The position numbers were made by a program, and so were the translations under genes. A stretch of DNA of 58,466 nucleotides, counting the filler, from Squatina squatina (taxonomy: Eukaryota): the NCBI GenBank assembly GCA_031763465.1. It is 3 parts of 3 records of this genome, joined end to end, with 100 filler letters (N's around TTAATTAATTAA, not from the genome) between each part and the next. Parts side by side here need not be neighbours in the genome. Positions count along the whole stretch, not along the records: positions 16,907 to 40,929 come from JARFOE010000001.1; positions 41,030 to 58,466 come from JARFOE010000168.1; 1 more part is not named here. One strand, 5' to 3'. Shown one piece after another: positions 37,353-49,698 of the stretch. Numbering within the stretch: the stretch's first letter is position 1; the number at the start of each line of letters is the position of its first letter. Under the pieces are notes generated by a model. The model searched no databases and was not told the DNA's origin. It was given only the letters and a program-made list of their open reading frames with translations.

Positions 37353-40304
37353 ATTTCATTTTAATATATTTTAAGTGCTAAGTACTAAAGACAGCAGTTC
37401 TGTAGTTGTGGTGATTGCAGTGTAACCTGGAGTCACTATTTCTGTTGATTGTATCAGAGGTTGCTAAGTTTCGATTTTGACTGCGAATTTTGACTTTGCC
37501 ATTGTCCACCCTTACTTTAGAACAGGCTGATTGTGACTCAGCTTTGCTCACTGAGAGTATCTTTTTCCATATCCGCAAAAGTAACAGTGTGAATGCAAAA
37601 TCATTTTATGCCAGAGTGGTGTCGTTAAAGAAGCAGGTTGTGTGTCTGTGTGTGTGTGTGTGTACACGCCGCTTAGTTTTAACATGGAATAATGTGAATT
37701 GCCTTTGACTTCGCTGTTCAGTGTGGCTGTAATTGGAAAATGATCTGTGGCATTTGGAGTAAAAAGAGTCACCAAGAATTTTTCTTTCTGTACTGACTAA
37801 TAGAAAGTATTATTTCTTTCTAATGCAGGACCCTGCACCGTTTCGAGGTGTAGTTAATAAATATTCAACTGAAGAATGTTCCAAAAAAAATGGAAATAAA
37901 AACACTGTCTCCTCCCACCGCCCACCACATTCTCACTATTACAGTGCTCAGAAAAATAAATATTTTAAAGGTATGAGGAAAGACCGGGGGAATTGGACTA
38001 AGTGGATCACTGAGAGCCGTTGTAGGCACAGTGGGCCGAATGGCCTCCTTCTGTGTGGTAAGGTTGTATGATTCTACCCTCTCGAAATCTGGCACATCTG
38101 CCAATTGTATGGTGGCCAGACATGGTGGGAGCCGGGCTGGTGATTTAAGCAAGCTGGCTATTACTCCCGAGACTTCTCCCCTTGGCTGGACAACTCTTGT
38201 TTGCTTTTTATTTCGCTTGATATGTATAAAGCAATTTCTTTGCTCTATTCTAGTATTAAAAAAAAAGATATATCATTATAATCTTTTCAGATTGATGTCA
38301 AAATCCTTTAGCAAAGTCATGTTTGCATATTGCTTTTATTGGCACAAAGAAGTCCTATTTAGTTCAAGGCGGCATTACCTCAACCCAGTTCATGCACTTC
38401 TGACCGTGGTTCTGGAGTCAAACAAAGGCCAAGTCAATCTGTCACGTCCCTGTCCATTTACAGGGAGTTTTGTTGTTAGATCTGATCTATGGGGAAATGG
38501 GCTGGAAGATAACAGTAGCAGGGGCAGACAAATCATACAGCTCTTATCATTCTTGTGGGTTTGCGTTTCAGTTCAGGAGAAAGGGAAAAACAATGTTAAC
38601 ATGTTGACTTTGCACTTTTGAAAAATAATTCTGCACTTGTCTGATTGAGGGACAAGAGGTCATTGTAGTTTCTGGAAGGTTTGCTGGGCTCCCTGCCATT
38701 GTTTTTGTGGAAGCGTTGTGTGGAGTATTGTTATGAACTCCCTTTCACAACTGTTTTGGGTACTTTAAACTCTTTTATTTCAAAATCTGAATTCCTGCAC
38801 GCTGGCACAGACCCTTGTTAGCTCAGAATTATGTGTCCGTCCCATATTTTTGTTGCTCGGATTAGCACTTGTGGAGCATTCTTCTACATGTGAGAACCCA
38901 GTGTCTTTTTCATTCTCCAAATATTCCTGTGTTGGGGGTGCTGGAGTGGGAGAGGAGGGGCCCTTCAAATATTTGTATACTGCGAGGAGCCCCCAGCTCC
39001 CAGGGCAACATCTGAATGCATTGGCATTGCTTCCAGAGCCCCCCCCCCTGCTCCTGCCCCCTGCAAATATGGAAATGCCCCTGACCATTCCTGCAAATAT
39101 TAACAGNNNNNNNNNNNNNNNNNNNNNNNNNNNNNNNNNNNNNNNNNNNNNNNNNNNNNNNNNNNNNNNNNNNNNNNNNNNNNNNNNNNNNNNNNNNNNN
39201 NNNNNNTTGAGGTCAGTCCATGGTCAGGGTCTTGGCGACAGAGGGTGTCGGTATCTGTAAATCCCACCATCAGCAGCTGGGAGTTGGGAGAGACTGAACT
39301 ATCTGGGAACCGGTGCCACTGCCACAGGAAGCCCTGAACTCTCTCAGGAAGGTCAAGAGTGGCAAAACGTTAACCTACGGGGTCAGTGGCGGGGCAGCGG
39401 CGAATAGGCTTCAAATCTTTTCATGGATCTATTGTTCCTGATAAGGTTGTAAAAAGAGCTAAAAGTGTTAGGTGTATTCATCATGTTTCAGGTCTCTGTC
39501 ATAGCGCCGTCTTTCATGAAGATAAAACATTTCAAAAATGCACTCACCCGTGGAGCTGATAGGAAAACAGGCAGTGTTTGTCCCCTTCTGTCCCTTTCCC
39601 CACGCCATCGCCAAATCTTCCTCTCGCTCTTTGGTCCCTTTGGATAATTAGATTCCTTTTTTCCCCCTTAACTTCTTTCCTCTCTCAGCGCTCGAGCAAG
39701 TGAAACTGCTGGCCTGAACTTGGAGTGCCCCCGATGGATGCCAACCTTGTTGCCTTTGCTGAGCGCTTGTGTTTTGATGTGAGCGGGATTCTGATTAGCT
39801 GGCTGTTGTGCTAAATGTGTATTTTCTTGCCTGGATGCCCAAGCACTGAATTAACATGAAACAAACCCATGGCCATCATGCACTCCAAGGAAAGTTCCTG
39901 TTCCTTCAAACCCCCATTCCTTTAGGGTAGCCACGAAGGGAAAGCACCTGCAGAAACCAAGAATACATTGCCGTCCTCACAAGTATGTGTTCCAAGTTTT
40001 GTCCAAATTTTTGTTTTCATTTGCTTTTAATTGCCTCAATTTGTACTTCCTTTGCGACCAATTGTTCTGCGAACGTGTTAACTGCAGCCAACTTAAATAG
40101 CTTACACTGCGTCTGCTGGCCTTGGGAGCCTTGATGGGTTGCTGCTGTGTTTGTACCAGTGCATTGAATGTCTGTGTTAGGCCTCCAGAACTCAGTGAAA
40201 TTGGCAAGTGTCCAACCACAAGCAATGCAGGTGTTCAACAGTGTATGTTCCAAATCAGAGTACAAGGAATTTCTAAACAGCTCCAAGTTATACTCGAGGT
40301 GAAA

Positions 40305-40810
40305 ACTACACAGAATGTACAGCTCAGAAACAGGCCATTTAACCTGACATGTCCGTACAGGTGATAATGCTCCATATGAGCCCCTCCCACCCATCTTCAT
40401 CCAACACCATCAACATATCCTTCTAGTCCCTTCTCCCTCATGTGTTTATCCAGATTCCCCTTAAATTCATCAACCACTCCCTGCAGTAGCGAGTTCCAGA
40501 TTCTCACCACTCTCTGGGTAAGAAGTTTCTCCTGAATTCCCGATTGGATTAATTAGCGACTATCTTATATTTATGGCCCCTAGTTTCGGACTCCCCCACA
40601 ATGGAAGAATCTTCTCAATATTTACCCTGTTGAACCCCTACATAATTTGAAAGACCTCGATCAGGTCAGCTTTCAGCCTAGTTAGAGGTATTTAAAATTA
40701 TAAAGGGGTAGAGAAAAGAGAAAAGAGCCCAGCCTGTTCAATCTTTCTTAATATTTGTTACCTCTCAGTTCTGGTATCGTTTTAACATTTTCCCAGTGCC
40801 TCTATATGCT
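40305..40810 (-). mobile_element. CR1 LINE 3' portion
   Basis: Reverse complement of the CR1 ORF2 end (aggagaaacttcttacccagagagtggtgagaatctggaactcgctact) and 3' UTR. Confidence 0.85.
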
Positions 40811-40929
40811 TTTGGTAACTTAGGGCAAGAAATTCATTATAGCCAAGGAATGGGCAATGTTTCGACTAAAATTGGTGAATTAGTGCCAGTTGAAAATCAT
40901 CTCGGCTGAACACAAAATTTGTTCTCACT

Positions 40930-41029
40930 NNNNNNNNNNNNNNNNNNNNNNNNNNNNNNNNNNNNNNNNNNNNTTAATTAATTAANNNNNNNNNNNNNNN
41001 NNNNNNNNNNNNNNNNNNNNNNNNNNNNN
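40930..41029. other. Assembly join with artificial TTAATTAATTAA linker
   Basis: 44 N + 12-mer (40974-40985) + 44 N. Confidence 0.95.
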
Positions 41030-41148
41030 TGCAGGCCTTGCCACCAGGGATTGCAGGACCACCTCAAGAGGAAGGGAGGAGGTAGGCAGCAGATCTCCGT
41101 TCCAGAAGGGCTGTCTGTGAACACCTGATCAGACACCAATTTGAGTGA
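41030..41148 (+). pseudogene. Probable C-terminus of a Harbinger transposase
   Basis: QALPPGIAGPPQEEGRR*AADLRSRRAVCEHLIRHQFE*, like the LP..E-rich..RAVRE.LI..RF* ends of fish Harbinger transposases; one internal stop. Confidence 0.55.
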
Positions 41149-41399
41149 ATGAAACCCCAGATCCCGTTGCTCACTATATCCTCATCATACCATCCTTCTG
41201 TCATCGAACATCACAGTGTCCTCCTGGGCACAAAACTGAAATGAGAACCACCACAAAACAAATATTCAAAACAAAATTAATACATTTATCACTACTCAAT
41301 CAACATCACAATAAGAACCACTCATCCTTGTGCCTGTTGTTCATGTGCATCTTCCTCCTCTAGTGCTCCTACGCAATGCTCCCTCAGTGGCTGTAAAAT

Positions 41400-42066
41400 G
41401 GCTGATGGAAGTTTCGGTGGGGGAGACTAGAGATGGCCTTGCAGAATGACCTTGACCAACTGTGGACCAAGAAAGCCCGGCTGTAGACTGCACCACCTCG
41501 GCATGGGCGGCAGCAGTCTGGGCTGGCTGATAGGCAGCGGCAAGAGCACTAGCGGAGTAGCAGTGTGGGAGGATGAATTCTGTTGTCCTGAGAGATGACA
41601 GCATGCTCTTGCTCCATGGAGTCACTGCCTGCCACTCCCATGGGACGGTGCCAAGCCATCTCTTGGAAGACAGATTGCTGGACTGAAGGGAGACCCTGCA
41701 TGCCCCTTTCCATACTGGTAAACCGAACCAGCAGTCTGAGCTTGCGTGACTTCAGTCTGAGCTTCCACTGCAGCACCCAGACGTTGGGTAGCTTCTGCTT
41801 GTGTTGCAGTTGAAGCTGAGACATCGGCCATCAGGCACTGCATCATGGTTGGGTCCACAAGTGTGCTTATGGATTTGCCCTCACCTTCCACGTTGGAAAG
41901 GATGGAGCACAAAGCCCTGCGCAAGATTGGTGCCGAACTTCTCCATGCCCCTTGACATTGCACGCAGGCTCTCCTGCAGGCCTGCCAATGCACCAAGCAT
42001 CTCATTACACATACCCAGCAGCCCTCTTCTGTAGGCCATCCCATCAAAGTCCTCATCTGAGCCCGG
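41400..42066 (-). pseudogene. Probable Harbinger second gene (Myb/SANT-type partner), decayed C-terminal coiled-coil-like part
   Basis: DEDFDGMAYRRGLLGMCNEMLGALAGLQESLRAMSRGMEK.. then frameshifted MQCLMADVSASTATQAEATQRLGAAVEAQTEVTQAQTA. Converges tail-to-tail on the transposase end. The SANT domain itself is not visible. Confidence 0.55.
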
Positions 42067-45000
42067 NNNNNNNNNNNNNNNNNNNNNNNNNNNNNNNNNN
42101 NNNNNNNNNNNNNNNNNNNNNNNNNNNNNNNNNNNNNNNNNNNNNNNNNNNNNNNNNNNNNNNNNNTTATGCAAACTCTGGCTCTTAAAATATGCAAGAC
42201 AATGATGCCATTAATTATGCTAGCATTGTACCCATTGACAAGCTCCATCAATGGGCTTTATGCAGTAAGGGGAGATTCCCTATGTTGAGTTCCACCCTAG
42301 TACAGGCTGCCTGTACTGCAAGGGGCATCTCTGTGCTCCCTCCATAGCAACCAGGCTGGAAAGTCTAGTTTGTGGTCAAATCTTTTCGGGGGTCCAGTCC
42401 TGGAGTCTGCCTCTGGCACCTGTCCCTCATGGCAATCATCTGATAAGAGGCGAGTGGCGACTCTACCCTCACATGGCCATTCTGGAAAGTTCATCCCAAG
42501 GTTGCGATCTGGCATGTCCAGGTCCCAGCCATTCTGGTGTATTCTTACTGAAGTTGTGGCAGAGTAAGCTGGAGCAGCCAGGGACCTTTGGAGTCTCTGT
42601 TCTGCCGTGACTGCAAGACTGAAGTGTTTGGAGAAATTTTCAACCTCTAAATCTCTCCACCTGCTTTACTTAACATTATTAAATATCTTTAGCAGAGGAA
42701 AACTTGGTTTATAAATCTTCCATTTGTTATGTTGCCCTGGTGCAAACCAGACTCTGTGACTGTGATATTTGTGAGTCCTATGTCAACAATACACCGGGGG
42801 TGACGTGAATCAAGTTGCCATTGCCACTCTGCTGTACTGAAAATGGGCAACCTGCAGATGAGGTAAGGAGCTACACACTTTTGTTGAAATTCTGTTACAA
42901 ATGTAGCTATTTTATCATCAAACCATAAAGTTACATTTTGTTTGAGGGATATGCTATAACTGACCTTAGAAGTCAGATGTTCTTCAATAATGTGCAAAAC
43001 ATCAAGATGAAGCAAGAAGTAAAAAAGAGTACATATTATTCCTTTTTTTTCCATTTGAAAATAAACACACTCTATTGAGCACCTTTATGGCTGCAGAAGA
43101 AAAGTGAGGAGATATATTGCTGTCTTTATGAACGTTATCAGTTTTCATTTTAAACTGTCACAAATAAACAGTGAAAATGTTGGTGTACAGTGAAGAGGAG
43201 ATTTTATTGTTAGACCTTTATGGTTATAAATTGCTGGACCAGATGAGTACTGGTTACAATTTTTCTAGTCCATCAATCATAGCCAGTGTTCAATTACTGG
43301 CCATTTTATCACAAAGAAAAAGCTTCTGTTTTGGGGCCGAGGTGGGTGGGCGAGTGGAGAGTTCTTGTCTGTCAAATACGATGAGCTTAAGGTACAAAAA
43401 TCATCCAGTCAGTGAAACAGAACTGAGCCTTTGACATGATGTCGACCTAATGGTGAAACAGAGAGTAGCCTGTAGCATGCAGTTCAGTGGATATTAAATT
43501 GCGAGTTTAGCTTTGTTCATTTTGAGTATCTTTGAGGATTAATTCAAACTTGTTCCAAAGAAAGTCATCCGTGTCTAAGACTTTGAGCAGGAGGGTGGCA
43601 GTAGTGACTTTCTGTGGCATTAAAGGAAGCCATGTTTATCAATTCATAAATTCATGGTAAATACTTTATATTTTACAATTCAGTATTAAGTGGCCATTGA
43701 ATGTAAATGTCTAGGGCTAGAAAATTTATTGGCGACATGCTGAAANNNNNNNNNNNNNNNNNNNNNNNNNNNNNNNNNNNNNNNNNNNNNNNNNNNNNNN
43801 NNNNNNNNNNNNNNNNNNNNNNNNNNNNNNNNNNNNNNNNNNNNNTATCTTATGCTGCAGAATTCTTTGATAACGAAGTGCACATGATTTTATAGATATC
43901 AATAAAAGAATAAGGTGACAAAGTGATTTATCGACTCAGGTGAATTATCTTTTTTTGCTGGTGCTTTCATCTTACTAAAAAAAAGATAATACCATGGAGG
44001 GATTTTTTTTCCGGCTCCTTAGAAAATTGGGAAAAGCTTGGTCCATTTATCATTTACCTGCTTAGACTGTACAAATCTTAAAATAGTGGCTGAAATGAAT
44101 AACTGCTGTCGAATGAATTATTTTTATGATTCCATAGCTCTGGTAGCACAATGTATAATGAAAAATCTGGAAAATTAGATTTGTCATTGCGTACCTCATT
44201 GCTACTGTGTAGCATATGTCCTGTTAATCCACTGAAAAAAGTGAAAAGAAATCCTTTCTCCAATAATATATTTTGCAATCCATCAGTGCTCTAGGTGTGC
44301 TTCAGTCTTTCACCCCAGTAAGTCAGTACTGCCTGATAAACAATGTCTCTAAACAATCCTGTTGGGTGATCATTATTTTGTTCTTTAGAATGAATTATTC
44401 AATTTGTTTCTTGTAGCTTTTTAAAAGTTCAATGATGTTGCAAGTCACTTTTACTTATTCGTTTAATTCTTTTGATGCACTGGGTGACTTGTTCCAGGAA
44501 AGGCTACTGATTTTTCACGAAAGGGTCATGGTTAATCCTATCCACATCCATAAATCATTGCACACTGAGAGATAAATAGTCAAACTCTTTCAAATGTGCA
44601 ATGAAATTAAACATTCAACTTGCTGAGTATCAACCAGCTATCCTCGTAAAAGATTGGATTTTAGCAATGGAATATTTAACAAGAAATTTTAGTACCAATA
44701 TTAGGAAGAAATATGCATGCAGGAAATACATACTTTTTTTTTGTTTTTACCAATTTATTTTCCACATTCTTAGGTTCCATTAAGTAACATGCCAAGTGGA
44801 AAACTGTTGTTCCATTTCTTGATGCTCTTGAACCAACCACAAGCAGGTGTGCCAAATGCCACATGCTGATATTTCCAGCTCTCTGACCTGCAGAGCGTGG
44901 AACTTGCATAGAAAGCACATCCTAGCTAATCTGAATTACACTCACCCTGGTGTAACTATCAGCAGCCTCACTTTCTTTCGTGAATACACAGATTGACGAA

Positions 45001-46259
45001 CAGTCCTATTTCGCTGTGCTTCAAGAACACTTGAAAGGTAACACTGGATTTGCCCAACATTGAACGGCTCACAGTTATCTGGCATCTGACGGTAAACTGA
45101 CCACCTATAAAATGAAAGGAGATCATAATTAGCTGCGAGAGAATTGCATGTAATAGTTTAGATTTGTAGTTGTCAGATTAGTAATTTTTACTGTGTACTC
45201 AGGCCAGGTTGCAATTACATTGTTTACAACTTAATGTTCAAGTTTTAAAATTGAATAAGACATTTGCATTTTACTTGTAGCATCCTTGCAACAATTTGCT
45301 ACACTGTACCCTGATTATACACTTCATTTTGGTGTCAATGCATTTCCAAAGTGCAATGCATTGCTCAACTAGCACAACATAACCAGGAAGCAAACCAGAA
45401 CATCAATGAGCAGCTTACTACACTGGGGTTATAACGATTAACTGATGGTACTGAATAATGTGCAGAGTTTGTACATACATAGAATACTACATTGTGTTCA
45501 ACACATCGTGAAAACTTTGGGGTTCAAGACAGACCCACATTATACTGAGTTACAGCGAGCCGCGTTATAGCAGGGACCCAGTGCACTTGGTTTCACAAAA
45601 TAACTTAAATCACTTGTTTTGGGCTACAACAAACTTGCAATACTCTCAGTTTGTACACAATTAATAGTTTTTCTACTTCAAGTGAAAACACATTTCATAT
45701 TTCAGATTCTCAATTTCATAGTCTTTCTATTTATTTAATCTTATCCTTGGAACAACACATGGAAGGAAGGTGTGGNNNNNNNNNNNNNNNNNNNNNNNNN
45801 NNNNNNNNNNNNNNNNNNNNNNNNNNNNNNNNNNNNNNNNNNNNNNNNNNNNNNNNNNNNNNNNNNNNNNNNNNNATGATAAGTTCCATTGTTAATGTTA
45901 ACCAGAGGTGGTGTTTAGCCTAACTTGAAGTTGGTGTAATATCGTCAGGGCACTGCAAAATGTTTATGAAATATCTCTTGAAATTATCATTCAGGAGGAG
46001 CTCACAGCCCCAGAAGCTATTTTGCTGCAACTGATGGCTTTTTAGATTCAATAGTCAACTCCTGAATAAATTGACAGGTGTGAAGTAATACCAGCACTTC
46101 TACTTTGGCACTTGTTCTTACACAAAGGTGGGCTGGTAACGGGGTGAGGTAAGAATAAGGACTTCTAAAATGGGAAATTGGAGAGAGTGGGAATTCAGTG
46201 GTGCCGAGGACTAGCTGTTATATACAAGTAAACTTTGAAAGCAGAACAGACTAACTAAA

Positions 46260-47110
46260 CCAAAAAATGGCAGCACAGGAAGGGACAATGATGTGACATT
46301 CCTGTAAAATGGGAGACTTTCCATCAACAGATGTTGAGTTCGGTGAACAGGTCTGTGGGAAACATCTCCAACTCACATTGCTGATGCTCAACATCTCAGC
46401 ACTTAAGAAGGAGATGGAGACACCGTGACAGATTGGGGAGGGAGAGAAGCTTAGAGCTCGAGGGCAGTTGCACTGCTGAGAAATATGGAGCAGGCAATTT
46501 TACAGAAAAGGTAAGAGACTATCCGACAGGTGAGGAGCGACAGGAAGGAAATGTCAGAACAGGATTGAATGCCTCAGAGGACTCTGGTCAAGGCCATCAA
46601 ATAAATATCAATGACACCAACCAATGGCTCAGTGCTGATAAGTAACACAAATGCAGTAACGATAAGGGATTCAATAGTTAAAGGTTTGGCACAACCTTTT
46701 GCAGTCCAGACCAACGATCCTGGATGCATTGTTCCTCCCAATGTTAAAGGGCAGCGAGAGGAACCAGCCACCGTGGTCCACATGGGATTCAACAATGAAG
46801 GTAAAGAAAGGCCCGGAGTCCTGAAAAATGAAGCTAGGAGATTAGGAAACAAGTTTAGGAGTAGGACTGCTCAGGTTTACTTCCCCAGCCATGCACGAGA
46901 ATAGGGAAGGATAGGAAGATTAGGGAAGTCAATGCAAGGCTAAAAAGGTGGGTGTGAAGAAGAGGGATTCCAATTTGTTAGCCATTGGCACAAGCTATAT
47001 GACAGAGGAGAGCGGCTCTGCAAGGATGGGCTACATCTGAACAGGGAATGTAAATAGGGAAGTGATCGGGTATTTGAAATAGGAAGGAGAGGGGGCTGGG
47101 AAATTAAACC
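46260..47110 (+). mobile_element. Decayed CR1 ORF1 (SGNH-esterase-like)
   Basis: IRDSIVKG (GDS motif variant)..EEPATVVHMGFNNEGKERPGVLKNEARRLGNKFRSRT..gatgggctacatctgaac (DGLHLN). Confidence 0.8.
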
Positions 47111-47155
47111 AACCAGCATCAACGAATAGCATTGGGAGAAATAAATTAATATAAT

Positions 47156-49698
47156 GGGCCATAAATACAGCAACGTCAGGTGAGGGCAGGTGTGAGGTTA
47201 AACGTGGAAATCCAAAAGTTGCTTTCGGAGATGCCGTTAGGTTCACGAAAATGGCATCGCGCTGTCCGCCTCACCGTTGAAATGCATTGAACGACGTGAA
47301 GCTGCTGTATTTGCGTGGTAGATACAAACTAAACTCACCACAGAAAGTGTCTTGTCCATTTACATCTAAGTATCCTTTTAATGACGTGATAATTGTTAAT
47401 TACTGCCGAACAGCCTCTCTGGCACACTTTTTTTTTCCCCTCTCTCTTTTAATCCAATATTTCTTTTCCTCTCTTTCTGTACCTGATTTAGCACTGAATT
47501 CACCTATTCTAATTTACACTTCCTTCACTGTTAATTTCACAGTCCGTCAATCCGATTGGTTAAGGAGATATACAGTTCACTCGGGTGCCAGATTTCATTT
47601 CCCACACTACGACGTGATCAGCTCACACTTTCAGCAACTTGCCACTCTAAATATCATTNNNNNNNNNNNNNNNNNNNNNNNNNNNNNNNNNNNNNNNNNN
47701 NNNNNNNNNNNNNNNNNNNNNNNNNNNNNNNNNNNNNNNNNNNNNNNNNNNNNNNNNNTTTTGGAGATTTTAAAAATATAAAATTTTAATATGAAAAAAT
47801 ATATTTTTTACTTTTCCTTTCTCTCCCTTTTGATCCAATCTTTCTTCCCCTCTGTTTCTTTCCCTGTATGTACCTGATTTGTCACTGAATTCACCTTCTC
47901 CAATTTACACTTCCTTCTCAGTCTTCGCACTATAAATTTTACAATCCTTTGATCTGATTGGTTAAGGAGATGCACAGTTGCTTGTCCTGTTCACTCGGGT
48001 CCCAGATGCCTGGCTTCTCTCGCTGCAATGTTAGCAGCTCGCACTTTCAGCAACTTGTCAAACAAAAAAATTAAAAACCTAAATGTGCAAGGGCAAGTCT
48101 AACGATGGCAGATGCCGTTAGATGCCCTGCTACATCAAGATCTCGCCCAACACAAAAGATAAAGATTCCATTTGGATATTTGGGATTGTTTAAACCTGCA
48201 CTTATCACACCTGCCACACACTGCAAACAACCATTTGAATATAATATAACATTTTGCATCCTGCACATAACATGAAATCCTGCAGATTGGAAGGCAGCAA
48301 ATGTTATCCCACTACTTAAGAAAGGAGGGAGAGGGAAAATGGGGAACTACAGACCTGTTAGTCTGACATCAGTAGTAGAAAGAATGCTAGAAGCTATTAT
48401 AAAGGATGCGATAACAGGACACTTAGAAAATAATAATATGATTGGGCAGAGTCAACATTTATGAAAGGTAAATCACGTTTGACAAACCTGTTGGAATATT
48501 TTGAGGATGTAACTAGTAGAATAGATAAAGGGGAACCAGTGGATGTAGTGTATTTGGATTTTCAGAAGGCATTNNNNNNNNNNNNNNNNNNNNNNNNNNN
48601 NNNNNNNNNNNNNNNNNNNNNNNNNNNNNNNNNNNNNNNNNNNNNNNNNNNNNNNNNNNNNNNNNNNNNNNNNACTTGGTTCTGGAGACTCCCAGTATTT
48701 ATCCTTCTGTTTCAATACAATGTACCTCAAGTGCATGAAGTGAGTTACATAAATTATAGCTTGTTTTCAGCAGTTGGTGTTGCTGAGGTTCACCCAGCTT
48801 TGTGTGATTCTGTTGTGCAGGGATAATGAGCAAATAGAATTAGCACATATTTCAGTTTCTGCTGCTGATTAATATTGTGCTCAAAACTCGTTACTCCTTT
48901 GTTGAGAATCATTACAAACTGTTGCCTGCTGATGTGGATAATTTTCTTCAAAATTCCCAAGAATGATACAGGCACTGCTTTATCAAAATTTTCTTCAAAA
49001 TTCAGTCTTTCAGTCCTCAAACCATGCTCGCCGTTATTTATACATAAACAGTACAACTTCAGGCAAGGGGCAGATGTGCAGTTAAATGCAAATATTCAAA
49101 AGTTGCGTTGCTCAGTCATTTTACAAAAACAGCATCTCGCTGTTTGCCTCACCATTGAAATATATTGAAGCTGTTGTATTTGCACAACATACGAACTAAA
49201 CTTGCCACAGAAAATTAAGTCTTGTAATTTCAAGTGTTAAGTACCCTTTTAATATGATAACTGTTAATTACTGCCAATTAACCTCTCTGGCACTGAAAAT
49301 TAATTGTTACAAGTATGGAGTCTCATTCCTTCAAGTATTAATTGACGTTGGAGATTTCAAAAATGTCTTAATTTTTTTTAACTCCTTCCTCTCTCTCTTA
49401 ATCCAATTTTCTCTTGATTTCTCTTTCTGTACGTGTTTTGACATTGAATTCACCCACTCTAATTTACACTTCCTTCTCAGTCCTTGCGCTGTTTATGTCA
49501 CAATCCTGCAATCTGATAGGTTAAGCAGATACACAGTTGCTTCCCCTGTTCACTCAGGTCCCAGATGCTCAGTTCTCCTCGCAGTGCTGTTATCAGTTTG
49601 CACTTTCAGCAACTTGCCATGCAAAAATATTTAAAACCTAAATGTGCAAGGGTAACAGTAGATGCCGTTAGCTGCCCTGCTACAGCAAAATCTGGGCC
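47156..49698 (+). mobile_element. Three same-orientation copies of a ~0.65 kb non-autonomous element (47156-47658, 47759-48148, ~49060-49698)
   Basis: Shared blocks ctgaattcacc..ctaatttacacttcctt, ctgattggttaaggagat, cactttcagcaacttg and cagatgccgttag. Termini gggccataaat / aaaatctgggcc suggest Harbinger-type TIRs. Confidence 0.75.
48275..48573 (+). mobile_element. CR1 reverse transcriptase N-terminal fragment
   Basis: DWKAANVIPLLKKGGRGKMGNYRPVSLTSVV..QSQH / MKGKSRLTNLLEYFEDVTSRIDKGEPVDVVYLDFQKA. Confidence 0.93.

Noticed and set aside
38031-38621. 196-aa ORF and other gap-free ORFs over 100 aa
   Set aside because: Starts in a CR1 tail, has non-protein-like composition and no recognisable domain. 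Many other listed ORFs are inflated by N runs.
42299-42317. 9-bp perfect inverted repeat agtacaggc-t-gcctgtact; also a small hairpin at ~9536-9578
   Set aside because: Short enough to arise by chance in 58 kb, with no supporting context.
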